Shown in pieces: positions 27,606 to 40,047 of a stretch of DNA of 64,000 nt. The stretch comes from Octopus vulgaris (taxonomy: Eukaryota), in NCBI GenBank assembly GCA_951406725.2, contig OX597823.1, positions 65,100,001 through 65,164,000 of the forward strand. The letters run 5' to 3'. The notes below the pieces were generated by a model. The model saw only the letters and a program-made list of their open reading frames with translations. It ran no database searches and was not told the origin of the DNA. The translations under genes were made by a program, and so were the position numbers. Positions within the stretch are counted from its first letter, which is position 1; each line of letters opens with the position of its first letter.

Positions 27606-28484
27606 GTGAATAATAGAAATTACGTCTGGTTGATTACAGAACAAGAAAATTCTTACTTAAAATATTGCAACTACGAATAAAATTTCAAATAAAATATTTA
27701 GATTTAGAAAATATTAGCTTTTATTAAAAACTAAAAATGTTATTACAAAGTATTACTTCTATTTGTTATTATTTATTAATTGTATTAAAATCTAAAAATA
27801 ACTCAATTGAAATATTTTTTGCTCTTTAGAATATTCCTTTTTTAAGTATTAATTAATAAGTAGAAATTTGAAAATAAGTTGTAAAAAATAATAGTAGTAC
27901 TAATTAGTTAATATAATGATTAGGATAATACAAAAATTAGTTATATATTATAGTAAAATCCACCTATTACAACAAATTCACTGTAAAATGTGCTTGAGTC
28001 ATTGCCAAGTTATTGCCAGGTCTTCACATTTTTAGACTTGCCCTAGTGCCTACTTTTTACATAATGAATTTACCTACCATACATAGTATTCTACTTTGCA
28101 TGAGACTTTAGCTATATTGGTATTTTTGGCTTTCATTTTTAAGTATTTTTGTGTCAATATTGTAACAAAATGATGGTACCTTTTTTCAATTATAATGTTA
28201 CTTTGTAAATTAAAATCAAATAATTTTGAATATTCAAATTTTATCCTTAGCTGCAATATTTTAAGTAAAAATTTTCTCGTTTTGTAATTTACCAGATGTT
28301 ATAAATTGTTCTAAACCTTTCCAAGTGTAATAACTTGTCCTGTTCTTTGCCAGATTCATAATATCAAAAATATTATTTCTCTTGCTCGCATTTTCCCATG
28401 TAATCCATGTTTTTTTCCAGGTTATGCTATCATGCTAACTAATAATGTGTCAATTAATAATTTAAGATTTTACCTTATTGAAAA

Positions 28485-28854
28485 TTACCTCAATGAAGCC
28501 GGTGACATATATAAAAGTCCCTTATAGAACTATATTCATAAAAAATATAGAACTATATTATCACACTCAAATTTGAGAAACAAACACTCATAATTTTTTA
28601 CTTTTAAAACTTCTGTCTCGTCTTAGATATTACAGAACTGTGTTTACTTGGTATAATTGCATTGATTAATACAGTTGACGTAATTAAACTAATTGTAAAT
28701 TAGCGACGTCGTTGATAATTTTTCCTTACCTCAATGATACCGGGGACATTTATCAAAAGTCTTCTTATAGAACTATATTCATAAAAAAGTATAGAACTAT
28801 ATTATCACCCTCAAATTTGAGAAAAACATTCATAACATTTTTCTTTTAAAACTT
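28485..28854 (+). repeat. Direct repeat of about 130 bp, period about 240 bp
   Basis: ttacctcaatga..cttatagaactatattcataaaaaa..tatagaactatattatcac..ctcaaatttgagaaa..cttttaaaacttc occurs at about 28485 and 28726. Confidence 0.85.
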
Positions 28855-29356
28855 CATTGCATTAGATTGATACCATGAAATTCCTCGAATTGAGTTCTAT
28901 CATTTAAACTTAATTAAAATATAGTTTGTCAGTAAAATAAAAAATGGTATTTATGCTTAAGTCTAAATTTTTGCCTTATATTGTTTTCATGATATTTTAC
29001 CTCACAACTTTTTTGATACAAATTTTTGTGGCATGAGAACAAAACTATGAAATTCTTCATGCTTTCTTTTATCATTGAAGCTAAGATATATATATTTTGC
29101 TTTTAAAATAAAAAAAAGTTATTTAGATCTAAACTTGTTTGGAGGCATTACTCTATTATAACGTTGCTGAATATTTTTTGTACTGGACCACATCTCAATT
29201 TCTGTATGCCAAAATGTAGCTAGGGACCGGTCCTTTTAACAAATGTTAATAGTTTTCCATTTGGTTTAGAACTGAATTAGCGACAAAACTCTGAAGTTGC
29301 TGCGTCTGAGTAAATTGCAGCCTTAATATTATTCAGCTCATACCGTAGTTGAATGA

Positions 29357-29390
<34 letters not shown>

Positions 29391-29393
<3 letters not shown>

Positions 29394-29742
29394 TTCTTCT
29401 AATGCTCTTTGAAGACTTCCATATTTACACCCCACGAGTCCCTGAGATTGCTTGGCAGAATATTGAATAATTGTGGATCCTTGAAACCCAAAGTGTTACC
29501 TTACTGGGTCCTTATTAAAGGTGAAGAACACAAGAAACTTGGTACTAAACAGTGCCGTCCAGTTTGGAATCTTAAGGTTCCAAAATTGGGTGAAAGACCT
29601 TCCTGGATCTCCCATTATGAATATCACTGCATATCTTTCTCACAACTTCTCTCTTCGGAGTAGAGGTTCAGTTGCCTTAGCCTTTTCCAATAGCTCATCT
29701 ATTTAACCGAATCAACCTTCTTTGTGTAATTAAGTTCCGACA
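29391..29742 (-). mobile_element. CR1/L2-type LINE ORF2 C-terminal fragment bounded by TA-rich repeats
   Basis: Minus strand YTKKVDSV..SYWKRLRQLNLYSEERSCERYAVIF, similar to the + strand copy at 51879. Confidence 0.75.
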
Positions 29743-30868
29743 ATATATATTTATATATATGTACGTAAAAATAGCATACAAAGCTAATGAAATCTTGATT
29801 AATTAAATACAGTGTCCGTAGCCCACATTTGTGTGCTGTTCTGTATGGACTCATGATTCCTATTTGCAGTTATTGCGTGGATGAGCTCAATTTGAGAATT
29901 TAGATTTGAGAGTTTGGGCTTTGAACACAGATACATCAGAAAAGAATGCAGACCTTGGATCCACGTTTTGCAGTCTCTGCAAATAATCAAAGAACTGTAA
30001 ATAATATTATAGCCAGGTCCACTCACGTGTGACCATAGCTTGGTAACATGTACTACGCTTTGACTCATTGTTTGATCTGCTTATGTAGTTGCGAGTTGGC
30101 ATAGATACCGTCTTGGCTCCCGCATCTTTGGCCCAGGATTACAGTCAGGATATAATAGGTGCAGGAGATCGGATGATACTTAGTAACAACTAACTGGAGA
30201 AACATGAAGTGTTTTGCTCAAAGAGAGAGCGCGGCGCTTAGTTTAGAAATCGAACCCCAAATCCTACGATCACGAGCTAAGCAACGTAACTTCTAGAACA
30301 TGCACCTTCACAATGAATAACGTTCCTGTGTATAACACTCACAGTATATGTGCTTCACTTTAAAAATGCTTAAATATGATTGCTATATATGTATGTATAA
30401 TCAATTGTTGTATGTATATAATATTGTTATATGTCAAAGTAAATTGTTATATGTGTAAATAAATTGTTATATGTACAAGTAAATTGTCTGCATCAATTGT
30501 TGAGAAATTGAAATATGATAAAAAAAGAAATTATTTGTATATCTAATTATTTTAAATTTAACAGTTATCGTCACCAGGTGTTTGTTTTTAATATCTTATG
30601 TCGGCTTGTCGGATGAATAAGTGTCATATATTAATTAACTGATATCAGTCTGGCAAGATATAAATTGCAATGCGTGGCAAGTTATTGAAGTACCGGTGTG
30701 TAACATCTCCAAAATATATATATATATATATGCTATGTGATTGTTTTGATGTGAAACTTGGAACTGTACCGAGTGTTGCTTTAGCTTTTGACTATATTTA
30801 ATAATTTTCTATTTAATAATAATAGCACACAAACCGTAATTGTCTCCGACATCTTTTATTTGTTTCAG

Positions 30869-30946
30869 ATTTACGAATTGTATAATGGTGGAGCAGTAAC
30901 CGTCAACTATACAGTTGACGTTGCGCCTCTAAGGCTACTTAAAGCG
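30869..30946 (+). CDS. CFAP65: Internal coding exon of cilia- and flagella-associated protein 65 (CFAP65/CCDC108) homologue; IYELYNGGAVTVNYTVDVAPLRLLKA
   Basis: Polypyrimidine acceptor ttttatttgtttcag|ATT, donor GCG|gtgagt, 78 nt, phase 0/0. The peptide resembles vertebrate CFAP65 QIYELYNGGSVPVTYEV (recalled) and joins in frame to the exon at 44123. Confidence 0.88.
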
Positions 30947-31077
30947 GTGAGTTGCATCTTTTCTAGCTACGCCATTAGGAGATGCTCTGAAATCCTATTT
31001 GTGAAGAAACGAAAGCAATGTCAACAATGTGTTCTTGGAATTCCTTACGGAGCATTCCCATTGTTGATACGCACACA

Positions 31078-31134
<57 letters not shown>

Positions 31135-31280
31135 AAGCCTACTTTTTTCCATCGAGGATTTATATGCCCCAATATTGGAGTATTTGCCTTAGTCAATGCA
31201 CGGTATTTGCTTAAGCTTTAAGCTTATAAAATATTATTACTATTATTTAGAGAATTGTAAAATCGACAGCGCTTACCAGA

Positions 31281-31329
<49 letters not shown>

Positions 31330-31588
31330 TGGAGTCCGTGAGCTGCCAGAAATGTTAACACATCGGACAAAATGTTTAGCGATATTTCTTGCGGCTATTA
31401 GCCTTATGAGTTCACATCCTCCCGAGTACAACCTGGCCTATCATCTCTTCGTGGTCTATAAAATAAAGTAACTCAAGATTTCTAATTTTCAGCTCGACGT
31501 CCTGTTCAAGGGAAATGTAGCCTCAGAATCTTAGTTACTTATGTCCCATACCAAACCGGGTAACTGAATTTTTGTGTCCTAGGGCTCA

Positions 31589-31658
<70 letters not shown>

Positions 31659-31723
31659 ATATGCATGTATATATGCATGTATATATATATATATATACAT
31701 ATATGTGTGTATATATATGTATA

Positions 31724-31769
<46 letters not shown>

Positions 31770-32152
31770 CATATATATATACATATATATATATACATAT
31801 ACATATATACACTTATATGTATATGTATATATGTGTGTGGTAAGAAGTTTGTTTGCATCCCAACCACATTGTTCCAGGTTCAGTCCCACTGCGTAGCACC
31901 TTGGCCACTTGTCTTCTAGTATAGTCACGAGCCAACCAGAGACTTTTGAGTGAATTTGGTAGACGGAAATTGCAGAAGTAAAAATCGAATTTAGGTAAAT
32001 GAAATTCACATATACATTTATATCTACTCGGCCACAGACTCCAACCACTCAAACACATTTCCACTCCCTAGTCTTTAGCTCTATAAAAACACTCAATAGG
32101 TAATTCTCGTTAGAAAAACGCAGTACATGTGAGCCTCTTTAGAAATTTATTT

Positions 32153-32240
32153 TCCCTGATGAAGGAGGTGGTGTCCAATAGTGAATTTAAATATTTTTTT
32201 ATCCAAGTGGATACCCGAAAGCCCAGAAACGGCCGTAGGA
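32153..32240 (+). ncRNA. Minimal type I hammerhead ribozyme (PLE pLTR type), base of stem II partly decayed
   Basis: tcc-CTGATGA(32156)...ggtgtcc/ggatacc inner stem...GAAA-C-GGCC-G-TA-gga. Confidence 0.65.
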
Positions 32241-32852
32241 TTACTAAATGGATTAGTAACACACAAAGTTCTTATCTTATGGAGTCTTAACTCTCTTTAT
32301 GATTTCGTTTTATAATCTGTAAGTCGACCTATATAGGTATATATTTTTCAATATATTTTTAATGTATACATCTATATATTTATATATTTTTACAAGTATA
32401 TTCTAAATGTAATGATTACTCTCTCTCTCTCTCTCCTTCTCTCTCTCTCTCCTTCTCTCTCTCTCTCTCTGTTTATATATATATATATATATATATTTCT
32501 TAATATCTTTGCTGTATTGAATATATTTTTGGAGAAATTCATCTTTGTTGGGTTTAAGGTTGAATGAATATAAATCTATATGTGAACTTAATTTGCCTAA
32601 CTTTGATTCTTACTTGTACATTACTCTAATGCCTCAGGTTTTAATATCTTGAGCACTTGAAAGTGAAGTCTATGCATTGGAGAAAATCTTTTCTCTTAAA
32701 ATCACCCACACCCACACACACACACACACACACATATAAATATATATATATATATATATACAGTTTCGCCATGGGCTCTTAGGAGCATAGTTCGATTTAT
32801 TTTTGCTCCGCCTCTGTTCTGTTTTTATTTTTCCAACGGATTTCCTATTTTC

Positions 32853-32932
32853 TTCCTGAAGAGAAAGACACAATATGGTCCCATTATTCCATCGGATTTT
32901 GGTAATTTGTGCCTTTCGAAACACGTGTAGAA
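32853..32932 (+). ncRNA. Intact minimal type I hammerhead ribozyme (PLE pLTR type)
   Basis: ttc-CTGAAGA(32856-62)-gaaag.cacaa...ttgtg.ctttc-GAAA-C-ACGT-G-TA-gaa; core, stems I and II and palindromic loop III all present; AATAAA a few nt downstream; lies in a (TA)n-bounded segment 32761-33145. Confidence 0.8.
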
Positions 32933-33142
32933 TGAAATAAAACGATTTCTGTTCAATCTGCGTTCAGCTCCATTTCTTCAATTCACCAATAATGTTCTAA
33001 TTTCAATTATCCGCACCAACGCACGGTTGCAACACCATATGGTTGTACCTCCAACCGTGCTGTTTTACTGCTGTGATTTTTGCTACTAAGGTATCGGTTA
33101 AACTTTTGATTAATCTACTACAAGATTTTTCATCTTTCATTT

Positions 33143-33188
<46 letters not shown>

Positions 33189-33210
33189 AACATATATATA
33201 TACATATATG

Positions 33211-33255
<45 letters not shown>

Positions 33256-33289
33256 ATATGTATATGTATGTATATATGATGTATGTGTG

Positions 33290-33640
33290 TATATTATGAC
33301 TTAGCTTGCACGAAGTGTTTTGCCCATGGCCTTGATACGTCTTCCGAAATTCATGAGATTGACGCAGTCAGTGTTCTTCTTGAACATTTGCAAGTCGGTG
33401 GTTGCAGGGAAAGCGAAGACATATGCAGGGAATAGATTCCAAATGTTCAACACCCTAGAGAGGAATGGTTAAAGGAGGGAGTAGTTTGCATCAGGCCTGA
33501 AGTGACGGTGTAATGATATGGGTGACAAAAGGAAAAAGAAGAAATAGAGATGAGTGAGCCAGGAGAGAGCTGGAGTAACGTTTGTACGAAATGAACCACA
33601 TCTAAAAATGCAGAGACCGCACAGAAGTTGTGGTAGAATT
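33290..33640 (-). mobile_element. Decayed CR1/Jockey-group LINE 3' end
   Basis: Minus strand LNIWNLFPAYVFAFPATTDLQMFKKNTD, the typical WNxLP..FK C-terminal motif. Confidence 0.6.
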
Positions 33641-33860
33641 ACCTTCTCATAGTTTCCATAGCGAGTCAATTCCCCGCCTGGACGGGACGCCAGTCCGTTG
33701 CAAGATTACTCATTTTAGCCCGCGCTGCGTGTACTGTAACAATATGAAATGAAGTATTTTGCTCAACGACACAACGCCTCGCCTGGTACAGGAATCGAAA
33801 CCACAATCTTAAGATCACAAGTCCAACATACTAGTCACTAAGCCACGTACCGCCACTCGT
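33641..33860 (-). mobile_element. SINE family C copy (tRNA head plus CORE-like block)
   Basis: Reverse complement of 40667-40925; another decayed copy at about 30180-30310. Confidence 0.75.
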
Positions 33861-36447
33861 AAAAGTATTGAGAAATGAGACAGCTTGTTTGTGAAGAAAG
33901 TGGTTCGAATATGTTGGTGAGCAATATCATGTCAATCAACCTTGTGGCCTTTCTTATGATGCATGTCAGAATGTGTGTGCATGTGAGTGTGGATGCATGT
34001 GTGCGTGTGATTGCGTGTATGTGTGTGTGTGTGTGTGTGTATGCATGTGTATAGCAGCAGCATCGTCCCATTTTTTTGTGGTGGGTAATATATTCCCATT
34101 GTCTTTCTTACCAGAGATTTGTAGAGGTTTAGTAGAAAACCAGCCTTTGTGATGCCGTCTTTTTCTATGATGTTTGGATGATGTGCGATTTGAAGACGTA
34201 AAATTAGTAAACAGAATATTTGAAACGGTAGAAAAGCAAGCAGTAAATATATTTAACGTTCTGAAATTAGAAGGCCACTGATGGCAGAAGGAATTGGAAA
34301 TGTAGCAACGAGTCAGTCACTCGGCACAACGCGATAACACGTCATATTCAGTTGTTGATGATGATAGTATTGTTGCCGTTGATGGTGGTGGTGATGACAG
34401 TGAGTACTATCACGACGACAACGCTGATGATCACCACCACCACCACAACCACAACCACAAATATCGCCTGTTGTGTTAGTGGTGGTGGTGGTAGTGGTGG
34501 TCATCATCGTCATCATAATCATCATCGTCGCCATTAGAATTGTCAACATTACCTTTTATTCTACCGGACTTTAAGGAACTAAGTATCAGCAATGTACGTG
34601 GGTCAACCAGATATGTTAATTTTCTACAATTTCTTGGTCATCTAATGCATTGAGCTATCAGAAGCGATAGCGTGTCGGACAAAACGCTTTGCGAATTCTT
34701 TTCCTATTAAGTCCGGAGTTTAAGTTCCGCCGAGGTCGACTTCGCCTTTCATTCTTTCGGTGTCGATAACAGAAGTACCAGTTGATCTCTGGACTTCTGC
34801 CAAAATTTGGAGCAATTTCTTGGTCGTCTGCCAAAATATCATCTGTGTTTTCTAAACTACATTTAAGATCTCAAAGAAAGAGTGAAATCTGTGTAACGGA
34901 AAGGGTGATAAAAATAAAGCTAGCTAGCTAGCTAGTTAGGTAGGTGTGTAGATAGATAAATAGATGGAAAGAAAAGAGAGAAAGAGAGTGATGGAGAAAG
35001 ACGAGTAAGAAGAGAAAATAGAGAAATGGAAGATTGAGAAGGAGAAAAGAAAGAATAGGAAGTTAGATTTATATTAGTCAATGACTATGTTTTATTTTAT
35101 CGTTTTGCAGACAACCTAAAATAAGATATTGATTCTTGTTTGTTGTCCTAAAGAAAAGCATTCTTTATTTTGCCTCTTCTCAAAATTAATGGAACATTCT
35201 ACCATTACCAGATGAATTCCTTATTTATTTTGAGTGAAATCTGTAAAGTTTACAAACGCTGCTGCTAAGTGGATGGTGGGGCAGAGACATACATTTACTG
35301 CTTCGAAACATCTTAATTCACTTATCTCTTCCTCAAAATATGAAATCTTGTGCTTATAAAACATATTTTATCTAATGGTAAGAAATAGGAAAAATGGAAG
35401 CGAACGTTGAGTTCAATTCATTACATTTGGAGTTCAAACCTCAAGAATGAATGCCGGTTTTTAATTCTATGAATAACGACTGTTATCTATTCATTTGTTT
35501 CTATATTTCATGTACAAATTTAGGATGTTGTGCCACTTTGAATAAGTGTTTTTCAAACATGATCAAATTCATGTGCGCTGTATCCTTCCATAGCCTCAGA
35601 GTTACATTTTGCCTCTTCCTCTCAGAGAGGAAAGAGATTTTGTAAGAAAGGCGAAACGAGAGATATCAAGGTCTGCTCCAGTATTTGACTAAACACTTTG
35701 CTTCCAGAAGGATAGATCAAAGTTTTTCCTAAGGGACGTTTAGATTCACAATACAAAGAGCCAAAACAAATCCTGTTAGGTGTTTATCAAACATTCTACA
35801 GACTCTGCTCTTAGGCTGTTTTATCATTTTAACATAATGTCGAATTAGTAAAGGCTTGCAATGGATGTTCGTGACCCAGTAAAAATGTGTCACGTGAGAA
35901 AATGGAAGAGACTTCATATCCTCGCTGGATCTGGTAAAAGTAGCAGCTAGATCTCTCTCAAATCACTAGTTATAGTCTTTAAAGTAAGAAATACATGTTG
36001 AATAATGCAATGTCTGAACAGTGTGGATGATCCACTTAGTGGAGAGGAAGTTTGGTCATTGTTAATATCTATTTGAGATTAGGTTTCAACAAAAAACTTA
36101 GCAACAGCACATACAACAGCAACAACATGTAAAACAGAAATTCCTACTTCATTTCAACTGTTTATTCCACATACTTAAAGAATGTTGTATTTCACATCAT
36201 CAGCTAGCTCTGTCGCAGAGATTCTTATATTATGGACATGTGGACGTGTTCTACAGCCACGAAACTTAAATGTGAAACTGAAGTAAACTCCAATTAAATT
36301 GATGAGTATTACTTCCTCTAGTGTGTTCACACACTTCACATATATGTATGTATGTATTATGTATGCATGTATGTATATATGTATGTATGTAGGTATGTAG
36401 GTATGTATGTATGTATCTAGCTAGCTAGCTTTATATATATAGAAATA

Positions 36448-36505
<58 letters not shown>

Positions 36506-37253
36506 CATGTATATGCGCAATACCTATATTATAGAAAAGAGAGGGTAAACCAAATGGGCTAAAATCAATTTAAACACAGCACATTCCTAATGGCAGTCAA
36601 ATAAGAATGTAAGCATATTCTTTCTCTGAGACTGATATGCGTAAAAGAGTTCGTCAGAAGATTCCTTTTCTCTTTATTCTGCAGATCAGTCCCGTAGAAT
36701 GTATGTCTTTACGTTTTTTTATAAAACTTTGGGTAATTTTATAAATCATCCTTTCTAAGTAAAATTATAGATAATTGATTCGATATTTCACGAACAAATG
36801 ATGAGAATAGCATGAACTCGTTGAAATCTGTAAATGACCTTTGACCCAATGTGCTTTGAAATGATTTAACAGAAAAATCACCAGGAGAACAGTTTTCATG
36901 TGCTCTATATAACTGTTTCTAAAATAGCCACAAAACCACAATTGCGTAAGGAGCAGTTAGTTTAATACAGTACCTGACGTGTATTGTGTTTTATCGACCC
37001 CAGAAGGGAGAAATACAAAGCTTACATTAGTGGTGTTTGGAATTAGAAGATGAAGGACAATAGCTAAATACGGAAAGAGATTTCGTCCGATGGAGTAGTA
37101 ATTCTGTCATTTTTACTATATTACTATTTGGTGTAGAAAAAGGCGAACTGGCATGAATGTTTGTTTCCCCGTTCCAATGCTTAGGGAATTTCCTCCGTCT
37201 TCCTCAGAGTTCAACTTTGGTTTTGTTCATTCGTGGTCGATAAAATATGTACC

Positions 37254-37981
37254 GGATCTTTTCTTTTTGAACGGCAGTTTTCAACACAATTTCTAGTTAA
37301 CTAAACACTTTTAAGCTTCGTATACTGGTAGAATGTGTCAAAATAAAACATTTTTTTCTCTTGGCTTTCTTGAGAAAATTGTAATTTGTAAGTTTAACGT
37401 AGTTTAATTTTTCGAATTTTAACGAATCCTATGCCCTCTATTGAGCTAAAATCATTTGCTGCGTCTAAAACTGAGACAACATTCTGTCACTTACCTAACC
37501 CTAACCCTAACCCTAAATTTTAGCCTTTCATTTTTTTTCTTAATTGTTAAATTAATTTAATTGTTACGCGTGTGTCTAAAATTATTCGTTTTGAGTTTTT
37601 GCTTTCGTTTTAGCCTTTCGGTTTTTTTTATTAATTGTTAAATTTAAATTATTTTCCATTGCTTTCGTTTTTTTTCTTAATTTTTATCCTTAAATTGATT
37701 TAACAATTAAGAAGAAAAAAAAACGAAAGGCTAAGATTTAGGGTTAGTGACAGGATGTTGTCTGTTTTAGACGCAGCAAATGATTTTAGCTCAATAGAGG
37801 GCATAGGATTGGTTAAAATTCGAAAAATTAAACTACGTTAAACGTACAAATTACAATTTTCACAAGAAAGCTAAGAGAAAAAAATGTTTTATTTTGATAC
37901 ATTCTACCAGTATACGAAGTTTAAAAGTGTTTAGTTAACTAGAAATTGTGTTGAAAACTGCCGTTCAAAAGGAAAAGATCC
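37254..37981. mobile_element. Non-autonomous fold-back DNA transposon (MITE) with about 290-bp TIRs and 8-bp TSD; Merlin-like
   Basis: Termini GGATCTTTTC.../...GAAAAGATCC; perfect TSD TATGTACC at 37246-37253 and 37982-37989; interrupts a SINE B copy. Superfamily inferred from GG ends and the 8-bp TSD. Confidence 0.9.
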
Positions 37982-38654
37982 TATGTACCACTTGAATACT
38001 ACGGTCGCTGTCATTGACTAACCCATCCGCCGAAAATTTGAAATCGATATTTGGTATATGAAAAGGCGGTGAGCTGGCATAATTGTTATCATGCCGGGAA
38101 AATGCTTAGCGGTATTTCGTTCGACTTTACGTTCTAAGTTCAAATTCCGTCCATGTCTTCTTTCCCTTTCATCATTTCAGTGTCGAAGAAATAATTACCA
38201 GTCGATCACTGGGTGTCTCCCCCGCCCTGCGAAATTGCAAACCTTGTGCCAAAATTTGACAATGTTTGATATATATCCGAAGCATTTACACGCATACACA
38301 TTCTCAATTCGATCGACACCCGTAAATTGACTAATGTCATAATTTATCGACACTGGAAAGCTGAATGCAAAGTTGTTCTCAGGAAATCGAACGACACTAT
38401 TTACTACAGAGCATTTTCCGTTATTTTACTACCTAGGCCTACACACCACCATGTAGCACATATTAATTATAGAGAAATAGTTCTTTCAATTATACTTTTT
38501 CCTGTCTTTAATTCTTTTTTTCATAAATTGTATGCGAATTACTTTCAATAAATAATATGCCTAACGGAAATTACGTACGTTTTCGATAAAATTTATATAT
38601 ATGTGTGTGTGTGTGTTTGTGTATGTGTGTGTGTTTGTGGGTATGCATGTATGG

Positions 38655-38686
<32 letters not shown>

Positions 38687-39405
38687 GTATATATATATAT
38701 GCTTATATAGTTGGATTTGCTTACTTATTTCCGGTTTACATGTATGATTGAAGACATATCGGAGTTAGAATTATGTTTTTGTTAAATAAAACTAGCATAG
38801 AGTCTTGCCTTTCAGATGGACAACACACACGCACATGCACACACTCACACACAGAAGCACACACACACCGATACAACATTCACATGCAGAACACACATAG
38901 ATATAATGGTAAAAGACATAAATACGCTTATGCAGGGCCTTTAAAAAATAAAAAGAATATGAGCACGTCGATAAATCATGGAGGATTCCTTATCAAATTG
39001 TATTGCAATTATACTGGTGTCAGCATTTCGTAAATCTACCTTTTGTAACAGTAAATCATGTACAATATAGGATATTACTCTCGACAATGTATGCAGCACC
39101 ATAGATTCGATTTCATGTCAGAATATTCCATATATTTCCCGTAGATGCTAATTTGAAGATATTTTACGCCTATCTTTTTTTTTCCTGTTTGTTATATTTT
39201 GTTGTGCAGTTCACTAGCTGTTATCGGTATCATATTGCTATGCAGTGATACAACCCAGAGTAGCCACGATCTCCTTTCCAGAGCAAGTGATGTTATCTTT
39301 TCTAGCATATTTAGAATCTGAGAAAATGCCGCTGAGCTCATAGTCTAGAAATGTCAAGGGTGCTACCTATTCCTCCATATATAATAATAATAATAATAGT
39401 AATAA

Positions 39406-40042
39406 TAATAATATAGCCTGAATAGGATAAGCTACCCCTATTTTGCAGAAAAAAGTGTTGGCGACCGGCTATGAGACTCGAACTCATACCTCCGTGATTA
39501 CGCGTCGGAGCACCGCAACGCGTATACACGGAGGTGTGCGTTCGAGTCTCATAGCCGACCGCCAACACTTTTTTTCTGCAAAATAGGGGTAGCTTATCCT
39601 ATTCAGGCTATATTATTAGCATTATCCGGCGTTTGAGAATTTAAAATCACTTCTTTAACTTTCTAGGACATCTCAACGCTTCTAAAGCAAACTTCGTTTG
39701 TTTGTTTACGTTCATCGTAATTTGAATTTAAAGCATGATAGCGTCTCACAAAGTGAGACTTCTACAGATCTTAAATTTACGGCAGAATTTGTGATGTGGG
39801 CGGTTTAGCTTCATGATTCAGAACACCTTGACACGTAATCACGGAAGTGTGAGTTCGAATCTCATAGCCGGCCGCCAACACTTTTTTCTGCAAAATAGGG
39901 ATAGCTTATCTTGTTCAGGCTATATTATTAGCATTATCCGGCGTTTGAGAATTTAAAATCTCTTCTTTAACTTTCTAAGACAGCTCAACACTTCTAAAGC
40001 AAACTTCATTTGTTTGTTTACGTTCATCGTAATTTGAATTTA
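39406..40042 (+). mobile_element. tRNA-like repeat unit arranged as one inverted plus two tandem copies (period about 313 bp)
   Basis: Inverted arms about 39406-39507 and 39516-39618; T-loop GTTCGA(G/A)TC at 39540 and 39853, each followed by a T-run; both tandem copies end gtaatttgaattta. Confidence 0.85.
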
Positions 40043-40047
40043 TATAT

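Noticed and set aside
30788-31192. 134-aa ORF as a complete gene
   Set aside because: Only 30869-30946 is bounded by splice sites and CFAP65-like; the rest is intron read-through including (CA)n.
37494-37516. Telomere or chromosome-fusion scar
   Set aside because: Only about 3-4 units, inside a TSD-flanked MITE arm.
39799-39877. Functional tRNA gene
   Set aside because: Anticodon loop lacks U33, there are extra bases before the 3' acceptor strand, copies are diverged, and it is embedded in a dispersed repeat.
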